64,000 nt of DNA from Candidatus Doudnabacteria bacterium (GTDB taxonomy: Bacteria > Patescibacteriota > JAQUNI01), in contig JBAZQX010000001.1 in assembly GCA_041644975.1 (NCBI GenBank), positions 103,274 to 167,273 of the forward strand. Direction: 5' to 3'. Every line of letters starts with the position of its first letter. Within the stretch, counting starts at the first letter, position 1. The notes beneath the pieces were generated by a model. The model ran no database searches, had not been told where the DNA came from, and was given only the letters and a program-made list of their open reading frames with translations. The position numbers and the translations under genes were made by a program. This document shows, piece after piece, positions 1-9,093 of this stretch.

Positions 1-1171
1 TCACTAAGACTGTAATCTTGACCAAAATTTTTGTTTTCTCAAGACTGTAAAAAACATTTGCCAGAATATTAGTAATACCCGTGGCAAAGAGACCGAAAGT
101 GAAGAAGAGAAGAGCATAAGCCGTGGCTTCTGTGTCCTGGAAGGTGAATTCTCCTCTTTGAAAAATAATTTGTGTAAGCGGGAGGCGGAGGATGACCAAA
201 CCAATGCTTACGGGGATGATGGCAAAAAGAATCATTCGGATGGTGAGACTAATCGCTTTTAATAATTCTTGACGTTCTCCTCTTGCAATTTTTTCCGCGA
301 AGATGGGGAAAGAGACGATGGGAATGGCGAAAAGAAAAACCTGGGACACGAGTTTCATTATCCTTTCGGCATAATACAAAGCAGAGAGACTGCCGCTTGT
401 TAATTCCGAGGCTAACATACGATTAGTTACCGTGCTTGCTTGAGCTAAAATTGTGGAGATGATAAAAGGGGAAACTAAAATAATGATTTTGCGAATGACG
501 GGATCGCGCCAATTAAAAGATAAGGAATATCTTAACCCCTGTTTGTAGAGAGCTTGAAAGATCACCAGAAATTCCAAAATCGCAGTAGCTAAAAACGCCC
601 AACTTAAGATATAAACATCCAGTTTTTGGCGGAAAACAAGAAGCGCCAGGATCACTACTAACGGTAGGATCAGCTTGATTAAGGCGGGAATAGTGAAACG
701 TTTAAAAGCATACAGGATGGAGGTGCCAAGGATGGTGAGGATATTGAAAAGAATGGCGGGGAAAAGAATTAAGGTAAGGTTCACTGTTAATTTTTGCGTC
801 GGGGGGGAAAACCCTGGAACAAGAATTTTCACGATGAGCGGCGTTAAAATCATTCCCAAAACAATGAGAATTACGAAAACGGTGGAAATAATATTGAATA
901 GATTGACCGCAATTTTCCATGCCTCTTTTTCCTTATTCTGATGAATATATTTGACAAAAATGGGTACAAAAACGATGGAGAGGATGCCGATTTGAAGGAT
1001 TTTAGTAAAGATATCAGGGATCGTGCGGGCGGCAACAAAGGCGTCAATTTCCTTGCCGGCGCCAAAAACATAGGCGGTCAATGTTTGTTGGGCAAATCCT
1101 AAAACACCAGCAACTAGAGTGACGAATGTGATGATGAGCGTAGATTTGGCAGCCTGATGATAACGAGTCAT
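1..1171 (-). CDS. murJ: Lipid II flippase MurJ (partial; N-terminus at 1171, C-terminus runs off the window start)
   Basis: I translated the minus strand from ATG at 1171: MTRYHQAAKSTLIITFVTLVAGVLGFAQQTLTAYVFGAGKEIDAFVAARTIPDIF..., which matches the MurJ N-terminal GAGxxTDAFxVAFxIPN motif. The frame stays open and multi-TM down to position 1. It is absent from the ORF track because there is no stop in the window. Confidence 0.75.
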   Translation of the reverse strand, partial: MTRYHQAAKSTLIITFVTLVAGVLGFAQQTLTAYVFGAGKEIDAFVAARTIPDIFTKILQIGILSIVFVPIFVKYIHQNKEKEAWKIAVNLFNIISTVFVILIVLGMILTPLIVKILVPGFSPPTQKLTVNLTLILFPAILFNILTILGTSILYAFKRFTIPALIKLILPLVVILALLVFRQKLDVYILSWAFLATAILEFLVIFQALYKQGLRYSLSFNWRDPVIRKIIILVSPFIISTILAQASTVTNRMLASELTSGSLSALYYAERIMKLVSQVFLFAIPIVSFPIFAEKIARGERQELLKAISLTIRMILFAIIPVSIGLVILRLPLTQIIFQRGEFTFQDTEATAYALLFFTFGLFATGITNILANVFYSLEKTKILVKITVLV

Positions 1172-1235
1172 AAATTTAGTTATCCGAAGATCGTTTCGTG
1201 AAAAGTTCAAGGTCTTCGACCTAAACTTAAGGCTT

Positions 1236-2669
1236 TTAACTAAGTGATCTTCCCACCCCAATCACCTTTTTACCCACTTTTTTCTGAAAATAGTTTTTTC
1301 CATCAATAACAATCGTGTTTTTACTGATGAGTTTTTTGGAATCTTTTTGCAAGATGTCATGATCTGTGGCGACAACGACAAGATCATAAGCTAGAAGACC
1401 GGCTTTGGGTGCAGGCTTGAAGCCTAATTTTTTGATTTCTATTTTAGAATAAAAAGGATCATAAACTTGAAAAGGGATGTTTTTCTTTTTTAATGCCAAA
1501 GCAACGGTTAAAGCGGGTGATTCGCGCAAATCCTTAATATTTTTTTTGTAAGCTAAGCCGTATAACAATACTTTATTCCCGGGATGATAATTGCTGATTA
1601 TTTTCTGCGTAAACCATTGAGGCATCTCTCGGTTTGTTTCAAGAGCCGCGGAGAGCGCGGGCATTGTTAAGCCATACTGGCTAGCCAAACCGGTTAAATA
1701 ATAGGGGTCAATGGGTATACAATGTCCACCTGTGCCGAGTGATGGCCAATGGGCTTGAAAACTCCATTTTGTGGAGGCGGCTTTAATTACTTCTAGCACA
1801 TCAAGGTTTATTTTTTCGCAAAGGCGCGCAAACTCATTAACAAGAGCAATATTCAAGGCGCGGTAAGAATTTTCTAACATCTTGGCGCCTTCCGCCACTT
1901 CGGGGCTTTCCACGGTAATAAGAGGCGCTTTAATAAATCTTTTATAAATTTGATAAGCCTTTTGACTACTTTGTTGATCAATTCCCCCGATAAGCTTAGC
2001 GATATTCTCAGTTTTGTTTCTTGTGCCGGGATCTACTCTTTCTGGAGAGCAAACTAAAGAAAAATCGCGTCCCATTTTAAGTCCCGACTTTTTCTCTAAA
2101 ACGCGGCCGATTATCTCGCGGGTTGTGCCGATTGCGACCGTGGATTCGTTGATGACTACGGCACCTTTCTGAAGGTAGATGCCTATTTTTTCCGTTGCAT
2201 TTTTAAGCAGACTGATATCTGGCTGAAGCTGCGCATCCACTGGCGTAGGTAGACAAATAAAGATCGCGTCGCATTGCTTTAATGCCTTGAATTGCAAAAT
2301 AGGTGTCAGTTTTTTCTTTCTGATAGCTTGGCGGAGAGCTCCTGTAAGACTGGCATCAGCCAAATAGTTTGTTTGTTTTTTTAGCATTCCTATTTTTTGG
2401 CGGTCTTTGTCAATACCAAAAACGGTAAATCCAGCCTCGGCGGCAAGAACAGCCAAGGGTAAACCTACGTAGCCTAGACCTACCACAGCGATATGGGTAA
2501 TGGCATTTTGGGTTTTTTTTACCCACCCACCATCCCCCACCTTTTTAAAAGGTGAGGGACTGGTGCGGGGTTTCGCTCCACGAGACTTAATTCTTCTGTA
2601 AGATGCCCCGGGCTTAAAGACCCGGTGGAGCTTCACTTTATACCTCATAATTTTAAGTATCCAAAACAA
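1236..2669 (-). CDS. Nucleotide-sugar dehydrogenase (UDP-GlcNAc/ManNAc 6-dehydrogenase-like, UDP-glucose/GDP-mannose dehydrogenase family). The annotated N-terminal ~45 aa are probably not translated.
   Basis: NAD-binding IAVVGLGYVGLPLAVLAAEAG motif, a catalytic Cys region and a family-typical C-terminal domain. The true start is likely near 2530 (possibly GTG). Confidence 0.75.
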   Translation of the reverse strand: MFWILKIMRYKVKLHRVFKPGASYRRIKSRGAKPRTSPSPFKKVGDGGWVKKTQNAITHIAVVGLGYVGLPLAVLAAEAGFTVFGIDKDRQKIGMLKKQTNYLADASLTGALRQAIRKKKLTPILQFKALKQCDAIFICLPTPVDAQLQPDISLLKNATEKIGIYLQKGAVVINESTVAIGTTREIIGRVLEKKSGLKMGRDFSLVCSPERVDPGTRNKTENIAKLIGGIDQQSSQKAYQIYKRFIKAPLITVESPEVAEGAKMLENSYRALNIALVNEFARLCEKINLDVLEVIKAASTKWSFQAHWPSLGTGGHCIPIDPYYLTGLASQYGLTMPALSAALETNREMPQWFTQKIISNYHPGNKVLLYGLAYKKNIKDLRESPALTVALALKKKNIPFQVYDPFYSKIEIKKLGFKPAPKAGLLAYDLVVVATDHDILQKDSKKLISKNTIVIDGKNYFQKKVGKKVIGVGRSLS

Positions 2670-2754
2670 AAATAAAGAGGTCTTCTTTACTGATTATACC
2701 TCACATCTATAAATCACATTATAGTATATTTTTGATTTTTATTCAAGGATTCTT

Positions 2755-3546
2755 CTAAAATAGCTTTTTGTTTTTGGCGCTTTGTTTACGAAGAATTTTT
2801 AATTTTTTTAACCTTATTTTGGCGGTAAATTCCAAAAGGTCCCAAATGTATTGTCCCGCGTTAAGTTTAGATTTACCATATTTGCGATCAGTAAAGGCAA
2901 TGGGCACCTCTGCTACCTTGGCTCCGGCGCGATAGAGGGCATAGGCAAATGAAGGCTGAAAGATATAGCTCTTTTTTTGCCAAGGGATGTCGGATAAATC
3001 CGTTTTTTGGTAAAGGCGAGTTGTAAAAGCCCTGAAGGAGGGGGTAAAATCGGAGATCTCGCGGACACCCAGCATAGCGCGGCAAAGAAAATTGGCGCCC
3101 CTGCTAAAAACATCGCGGTAGAATTCCAACCTATTTTCACCGCCAGGAATGAAACGCGAAGCTTGGATAAAGTCAAAACCTTGTTGAATCTTCGTGATGA
3201 ATTTAGGAATATCATCTGGATTGTGGGAGAGATCAGCGTCCATTGAGAGTAGAACATCCGTTTTTAATTTTTGAACAGCAAAATCATATCCCCTCTTAAG
3301 AGCAATGCCAATTCCTCTTTCCAGAAGGTCTAAAAGATAGATGTTGGGATTTTGGGTGGTTATTTTTCTAACAATTTTTCTTGTGCCATCAGGGGAGTGG
3401 CTATCCGCAATAATAATAGAAAGACGAAAAGGAAGAATCTTTTTTTGCTGGGCTAAAACACGATTTAAAAGATTGCGGATATTTTCTTTTTCATTATAAG
3501 TGGGAATAACGATTGCTAGATTGGGCATAGATTTATCCCTAAACAA
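2755..3546 (-). CDS. GT2 glycosyltransferase, polyprenol-phosphate sugar transferase (Dpm1-like). Likely start at M of MPNLAIVIPTYNE (3528).
   Basis: IVIPTYNEKENI and DADLSH motifs typical of GT-A fold family 2. Confidence 0.7.
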   Translation of the reverse strand: MFRDKSMPNLAIVIPTYNEKENIRNLLNRVLAQQKKILPFRLSIIIADSHSPDGTRKIVRKITTQNPNIYLLDLLERGIGIALKRGYDFAVQKLKTDVLLSMDADLSHNPDDIPKFITKIQQGFDFIQASRFIPGGENRLEFYRDVFSRGANFLCRAMLGVREISDFTPSFRAFTTRLYQKTDLSDIPWQKKSYIFQPSFAYALYRAGAKVAEVPIAFTDRKYGKSKLNAGQYIWDLLEFTAKIRLKKLKILRKQSAKNKKLF

Positions 3547-3926
3547 GGAGAAAAATGCGATTGATATGATTTATGGAAATAATTTTTTGGTCTGCTTTGG
3601 ATTATCCTTCCTACTTAGGACTTTCGCGTTTCATCTTACTAAAGAAAAAAAGCAAAAATAATGATAGATTTCCTGATAAACTTTTTTTTCAGACCTTGAA
3701 TTACGAAATGACCCATAAAAATTCACTTTTAATGAGAAAAAGTTTTTTTCTTTGTGGCGCGCTTTTGTAAAATAAGCTGTTTTTTTAATACCAATAGATT
3801 TTTTTTCTTAATTAGAAGGTAAAAGATGAATTTCGTAATTCACGGTTTAATAAGAGGAAGTGACTCGGGAATTTTGCCTCAATTTGGCGAAAAATTATCT
3901 TTTTTCCTTAAAAAAGGAAATTTACT

Positions 3927-4628
3927 TCAAAATTTTTTTTGTAAGCTAATCCGTATTTTATTGCCAAACGCGAAAGTCCTCCTATTTTGGAAGATAAGGT
4001 AATTAAGCAAACCGCCCGTAATCAATCTTTGATCTTTAAGCTGGAGATTATTATTTTGGGCTATTTTTTTGATATTTTGTAACTTAATTAAATTATGAAT
4101 ATCCTCATCAATAAAATTTCTGCGGCCGTAGATTAAAAAGCGTATAATCTTCCAAACCGGCTCAATAATTTTAATATAAAATTTACTAGGAAAGGTTATA
4201 ATAAGGATACCTTGGTTTTTTAAATGAGCACTAATATTGCTGAATACCGCTGGCAGATCCTGATTTTGAAAATGCTCCAATACGTCTAGACAGGTAATGG
4301 CGTTAAATTTTTTTTTAAGAGTCAATTTGAGAATGTCTCCATAAACGACTTCTCCCTTTCCGAGGATTTTTTCCGCTATTTTTAGAAAATTAATGTCATT
4401 GTCTACCCCTAAGGTGTGAATCCCCTCTTCTTGTGCTAATTTTAATAAGATGCCGTTGCCGCAACCAAGATCTAAAAGATTCTGAACGCGGTTTTCTTTT
4501 AATTTTTTTAAAATATACTTGAATTTTTTGCGATAGAAAAGGGAACGCAATGACCATGAATGATAATATCCTTGATAATAGTAATCTGCGGGCTGTTTTT
4601 TAATTTTTTTCTCCGTCGGTATAGGCAT
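3927..4628 (-). CDS. Class I SAM-dependent methyltransferase
   Basis: LDLGCGNGILL (motif I) and CLDVLEHF (motif II/post-I). Confidence 0.65.
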   Translation of the reverse strand: MPIPTEKKIKKQPADYYYQGYYHSWSLRSLFYRKKFKYILKKLKENRVQNLLDLGCGNGILLKLAQEEGIHTLGVDNDINFLKIAEKILGKGEVVYGDILKLTLKKKFNAITCLDVLEHFQNQDLPAVFSNISAHLKNQGILIITFPSKFYIKIIEPVWKIIRFLIYGRRNFIDEDIHNLIKLQNIKKIAQNNNLQLKDQRLITGGLLNYLIFQNRRTFAFGNKIRISLQKKF

Positions 4629-4861
4629 TTTGTTCTCTGGATCAAATTTCTTTTCGCTTTAATTTTGCAACTCTATTTTTCTCTATAAAAAAATTTCTTT
4701 TTTGCCATCTTAAAAAAGAAAACAAGATAAGGCTCGTAGGAGGAATGAAGATTAAGTCGCTCGCAATACTGTTTCTTAAGAAAGGTAGACCCATTATGTA
4801 ACATTGGATTAAACCTGAAAAGGTATGAGGGTACATATTCCAAAGCAACCAAACCCCGAAA

Positions 4862-5224
4862 TTAGTGTATAAATAAAAAAAAGAATGATGCTAGTATACC
4901 TGTACCTGTGAGTTTAAGAGAGAACCTCCAATGATATTCTCTTTGTTTACGAATCATTAAACCAAAAAAGCCGATCAATGCCCATGCAGACCAGGTAAAA
5001 AGTAAAATTAAGTCATTGCCAATATACATATCAGTTAAGGCAATGATCGTAAGCGGTACGATAACAGTGTACCAACCTCCTAAGAGTGCTCCGGCTAAGA
5101 TCGTAGCCACAGTCACGGTTTCAATATTGGGAAGGTTTTTCAATAGAATACGGCCTAAGGTTCCTATGATAATAAGAAGTAAGGCTAGAGTAAGCTTTTC
5201 TTTGGATATCGGTAATTTGTGCAT
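4862..5224 (-). CDS. Small polytopic membrane protein (ECF-transporter S-component-like). The adjacent 4642..4848 ORF in another frame may be its C-terminal part.
   Basis: Hydrophobic helices. The lengths 120 + 68 aa sum to a typical S-component size. The stop at 4862 is followed 14 nt later by a new ORF in a different frame. Confidence 0.3.
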   Translation of the reverse strand: MHKLPISKEKLTLALLLIIIGTLGRILLKNLPNIETVTVATILAGALLGGWYTVIVPLTIIALTDMYIGNDLILLFTWSAWALIGFFGLMIRKQREYHWRFSLKLTGTGILASFFFLFIH

Positions 5225-5452
5225 AGAGTTTTTAAATATTTCTCAAAAGTTACTTTTTTCAAATTTAAATTCAATATTATCTTGGTTAGATACTTTTTGG
5301 GATTTCATACCAGAGGGTGCCATTTTTCCATTTACATAATAAAGCCAATATTTATTATCCTGACCATTTCTGATTCCATTGATCATCTCCAAGAATGGGC
5401 CGAAAGAGGATTCTTTAATTTCTAGTTTGATTTTATTTTGAAGTGCTAATTC

Positions 5453-5683
5453 TTATAAGAAATCGTAAACAGTCCTTTCATTGCGGAATTCCAGGGTAAA
5501 ATTTTGGGTCTCCCCGTTACCAAAATCAATGCTTAGATTTGCTTTTTGAGACACCCCTTGGTTTGTATTCGGGGTTTGTTGTTTTTCCAGAGTAATTTTC
5601 TGACCCAAAGAACATCCTATTAGAGCGAAAGCTAGGTACAATAAGCAGAATACAACAGCGAATTTTGACCTTGTTTTAATCAT
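5453..5683 (-). CDS. Small secreted lipoprotein (signal peptide plus LIGC lipobox). An in-frame TAA is followed by about 76 more open codons (5243..5452).
   Basis: MIKTRSKFAVVFCLLYLAFALIGC lipobox. The same reading frame continues after the TAA at 5453-5455 through ELALQNKIKLEIKESSFGPFLEMINGIRNGQDNKYWLYYVNGKMAPSG... to a TGA at 5243. Confidence 0.5.
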   Translation of the reverse strand: MIKTRSKFAVVFCLLYLAFALIGCSLGQKITLEKQQTPNTNQGVSQKANLSIDFGNGETQNFTLEFRNERTVYDFL

Positions 5684-5703
5684 AGGTTTTTTGAATTATT
5701 CTT

Positions 5704-6507
5704 TTAGATTAAGGCATTTTCCAAAAGATGAGGGCAGGGACAGGTTCTATATTTAGGTAGATTTTCGACCATTTTAAAAATTATTTTTTTAACTTTTTGG
5801 ATGTTTTGCTGGAAAACTTTTATAACTTCTGTAGCAGTCACAGGCGAAATATTTTGGTAACCTTCTAAGCCAGTATCATAGTCCGTGATTAAAGCAATGT
5901 TAATATAACACATTGCAAGTTCTCTCGCGAGAGCGACTTCTGGGTAAGCGGTCATATTTATTACTTCGAAACCTTGAGACTGGAACCATTTACTCTCAGA
6001 TCGGGTAGAAAAGCGTGGCCCTTGGATGACCACAATTGTCCCCTCATTGTGGTGAGGAATTTGTAGAGCCTCGCAAGTCTTAATTGCTATCTTTTTTAAA
6101 CTTGGACAATAAGGGTCGGCCATAGGCGGATGCACCACTTTCGGTCCGTCAAAGAAGGTATCATTGCGTCCCCATGTGCGATCTACAAATTGATCGCAGA
6201 TCACAAAGTCACCAGGTTTGATTTTAGAGGTGAGGCTGCCTGAAGCGCAAGGCGCTATGATTTGTTTTACCCCTAATTTTTTAAATGCCCAAAGGTTCGC
6301 CCGATAAGGAATTTTATGCGGCGGGAATTCGTGCTTTTCGCCGTGCCGAGGTAAAAAAGCCACTTTTTTGCCTTGATAATTACCAAGCGTAATTTTTCCT
6401 GAAGGTTTACCGAAAGGAGTGTTAATCTCTATTTGACGTGCCCGCGAGAGGAGTTGATAAAATCCTGAACCGCCAAAGATGCCAATTTCTGCTTTTAAAG
6501 AAGGCAT
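5704..6507 (-). CDS. mtnP: S-methyl-5'-thioadenosine phosphorylase (MTAP/PNP family)
   Basis: IGIFGGSGFYQL N-terminus, MTAYPE and VALARELAMCY motifs of the MTAP family. Confidence 0.8.
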   Translation of the reverse strand: MPSLKAEIGIFGGSGFYQLLSRARQIEINTPFGKPSGKITLGNYQGKKVAFLPRHGEKHEFPPHKIPYRANLWAFKKLGVKQIIAPCASGSLTSKIKPGDFVICDQFVDRTWGRNDTFFDGPKVVHPPMADPYCPSLKKIAIKTCEALQIPHHNEGTIVVIQGPRFSTRSESKWFQSQGFEVINMTAYPEVALARELAMCYINIALITDYDTGLEGYQNISPVTATEVIKVFQQNIQKVKKIIFKMVENLPKYRTCPCPHLLENALI

Positions 6508-6512
6508 AGTAG

Positions 6513-7031
6513 TTAGATATTTAATTTTAAGAGTGTATGCCTTTTGTATCCTTTAATTTTACGCCTGCCATCAAGATAGGTGAGTTCAATCAAAAGGGCA
6601 ATGCCTATAATTTTACCTTGCATCTTTTTGACCAGTTTTATTGTCGCTGCGAGCGTGCCGCCAGTGGCGAGAACATCATCCACGATTAAAATCCGTTCCC
6701 CTGGTTGAATTGTATCGGTATGCATCTCTAGAATATTTTTTTCGTATTCTAGATCATAAGTCTGTTGGATGACTTGGCGAGGCAGTTTACCCTTTTTGCG
6801 CACTATGGAAATTCCCGCCTTTAATTTATAAGCTACGCCGGCAGCGAGGAGAAATCCTCTCGCGTCAATGCCGACAACTTTCTTGATGCCTTTATTTTGG
6901 AAGGGTTTAGCAAGTTCCCTGATAGCATAACCATATGCCCGAGCATTTTCAAGGAGGGGCGTGATGTCTTTGAAACTGACTCCTTTTTGGGGAAAATCAG
7001 GTATTGTGTGGATATATTTTTTAATGTCCAT
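6513..7031 (-). CDS. apt: Adenine phosphoribosyltransferase
   Basis: VVGIDARGFLLAAGVAYKL and PRPP-binding ILIVDDVLATGGTLAA motifs; 172 aa. Confidence 0.85.
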   Translation of the reverse strand: MDIKKYIHTIPDFPQKGVSFKDITPLLENARAYGYAIRELAKPFQNKGIKKVVGIDARGFLLAAGVAYKLKAGISIVRKKGKLPRQVIQQTYDLEYEKNILEMHTDTIQPGERILIVDDVLATGGTLAATIKLVKKMQGKIIGIALLIELTYLDGRRKIKGYKRHTLLKLNI

Positions 7032-7082
7032 CTTGGTTTATTAATTTTTATGGAGGTTTTCTAAATTTTTCGCCTTCCGGGG

Positions 7083-7112
7083 TCCCCCAAAAATTCTTTT
7101 AGAATTTTTGGG
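7083..7112 (-). terminator. Perfect 13-bp-stem hairpin ccccaaaaattct/agaatttttgggg downstream of the 7177..7599 gene
   Basis: An inverted repeat read directly from the sequence. No clean U-tract, so it may be a structural or protein-binding hairpin rather than an intrinsic terminator. Confidence 0.3.
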
Positions 7113-7176
7113 GTGTACTTGATGATCATATTGCGAATTTTTAGTCTTGGTTAATGGTGTACCAAATGTATGTTAT

Positions 7177-7599
7177 TTATTCGGCTTCCGGAAAAACATG
7201 GAATTTTTTGAAGGCACGATAAATTAAAAAGTAAGAGAAGGTCTTGAGATTATTACCGATATCATCAAGAATAAGATGTAGGGTGAACGCGCAGGAAAGG
7301 GCGAATGGAACGGCTTGCCAATGGAATTGCCAGGTGATGAGCCCGAGTAGAATGGCGATTTCGTACGAATGTAACAGCACCAGGACTTTTGAATTTCGGC
7401 GCATATAATTTTTTGGATGTAAAAATTCTCCGATGTTGCAAGGATTGTGGGGTCTGCTTTTCCAGAAATCAAAAAGATGATCAAGGTCAAGAAGAATGCC
7501 AGTGAAAAGAAGTGTAATCGCGCCCGCTAAAGAGCGGGTAAAATAGTAGAAGGTAAAGGCGAGGATGGTTGAGGAAAGAACGTGCACTTTTACTTGCAT
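7177..7599 (-). CDS. Membrane-bound metal-dependent hydrolase-like protein (DUF457/YdjM-like)
   Basis: Four hydrophobic segments with conserved His/Asp (LLDLDH, LHLILDD). This is a weak family call. Confidence 0.35.
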   Translation of the reverse strand: MQVKVHVLSSTILAFTFYYFTRSLAGAITLLFTGILLDLDHLFDFWKSRPHNPCNIGEFLHPKNYMRRNSKVLVLLHSYEIAILLGLITWQFHWQAVPFALSCAFTLHLILDDIGNNLKTFSYFLIYRAFKKFHVFPEAE

Positions 7600-7611
7600 A
7601 ATTTTTGTTTT

Positions 7612-9090
7612 TTAATAATTTTGTTTGAAGTCGGCAAGATGGGCGAACACAGCTTTAGCCCCGCGGGCAAGATATTTCAAATCATTGAGGTCGCGCAGCG
7701 AAGCAATTTGGCGCAGGATAAATTCAGGATGGAAAGCGACTTTATAGGTGTCCTGGACAAATTTTTGCAATTGCGCAGAGGAAAAAGAGGTTTGCATTAT
7801 TGCCTCACGCATATCATAACGGTTCCAGTCTTCAGAAGTGAGCCATTCTTTTTGTTGGCATTCACGAAATAAAGGGGTACCTGGGTAAGGGATGACAATA
7901 GTGGCTTGGAGTGTTTTGGCATAGCCTTTGCGCAGGAGATATTTTCCCAAGCGCACAGTTTGCCGCGCTTCTTCTTCGGTCTCCCACGGATAACCAAACA
8001 TAATTGTTACATGGGGAGACAATCCTGCATGCCGCGCCAGTTTGCAAGACGAAATAATCTTCTCCACCGTCATATTTTTACTTATCTTGTTTAATGTTTC
8101 CTCGCTGGCTGATTCTAAACCAAAAAGCAAAAAGCGGAAACCTGCTTTTTTCATTAGTTTATACCCAGCAAAATCAATAGCCCCGAAGCGCATATTGCAA
8201 TCCAAAATCACTTTTTTATTATAGCCGCGTTCAATCATCCCGCGGCAGAATTCTTGCAGCCATTCCCCTATTGGAAAAGTGCCTGTATCATCCATTATTT
8301 CCTTGACTTGATATTTTTCAATTAATTCCCCAATTTCATCCAAGACATTCTTTGGGGTGCGGGTGTGGTATTTTGGATAAAGCGTGGTCCAAGAACAAAA
8401 ACTGCACTCGTGATGCCAACAGTCGCGGCCGGCCATAATATATGTTCCTGGGGTGCGGGAGAAATTGCCTACATCGTAGGCATAATTTTGCCAATCCGTT
8501 AACCCGCGGTCAATAAAAGGAAGTGTATTCAGATTATGATTTAATAGAAATTTTCCCGTACTTTTAATTGTGTTTTGTTCCCGGTAATAAATCCCTGGCT
8601 CTAGATTTTTGGTGACAGGTTTGAAATTGGAGTCCAGATTTTGAAGGAGGTTTAAAAGCAGAAAGTCATAATCGCCGCCGGTTAAAACAAAATCCACTTT
8701 GGAATTCTGAAATGATTCTTCAGGCAACGCCGTGACATGGTCGCCGACAAGAATCGTTTTTAATGTAGAGATTTCTTTTTTTAACGCGTTGATGATTTTC
8801 CAGTGCCTTTTTACTGTTGGTGTTTTAGTTTCCATTACCACAATGTTTGGCTGAATCTTTTTCGCAAATTCAAACCATTCTGCATATTTCATTTCTTCGG
8901 CAATCCCGTCTTTCCAAATTATCTCAAAACCATTTTTTTGAAGTAAGGTGGCGGCTTGCGCCGGCACCACTGGATAAATGGGGCAATGGCGGCGAAACCA
9001 TTGGAATTGGCGGTTTTGGGATAATAAAGGATAACCTTTTTTAGATGGCAGAGGTGGATAAGTAATTAAAGTTTTCAGTTGTTCTGACAT
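7612..9090 (-). CDS. B12-binding-domain radical SAM protein (class B rSAM, putative methyltransferase)
   Basis: N-terminal Rossmann-like B12-binding region followed by a Cys triad CWHHECSFC (CxxxxCxxC) and a radical SAM core; 492 aa. Confidence 0.65.
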   Translation of the reverse strand: MSEQLKTLITYPPLPSKKGYPLLSQNRQFQWFRRHCPIYPVVPAQAATLLQKNGFEIIWKDGIAEEMKYAEWFEFAKKIQPNIVVMETKTPTVKRHWKIINALKKEISTLKTILVGDHVTALPEESFQNSKVDFVLTGGDYDFLLLNLLQNLDSNFKPVTKNLEPGIYYREQNTIKSTGKFLLNHNLNTLPFIDRGLTDWQNYAYDVGNFSRTPGTYIMAGRDCWHHECSFCSWTTLYPKYHTRTPKNVLDEIGELIEKYQVKEIMDDTGTFPIGEWLQEFCRGMIERGYNKKVILDCNMRFGAIDFAGYKLMKKAGFRFLLFGLESASEETLNKISKNMTVEKIISSCKLARHAGLSPHVTIMFGYPWETEEEARQTVRLGKYLLRKGYAKTLQATIVIPYPGTPLFRECQQKEWLTSEDWNRYDMREAIMQTSFSSAQLQKFVQDTYKVAFHPEFILRQIASLRDLNDLKYLARGAKAVFAHLADFKQNY

Positions 9091-9093
9091 TTT

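Noticed and set aside
2888-3257. Overlapping minus-strand ORFs of 65 and 114 aa inside the GT2 gene
   Set aside because: Alternate-frame ORFs within a motif-supported glycosyltransferase coding region.
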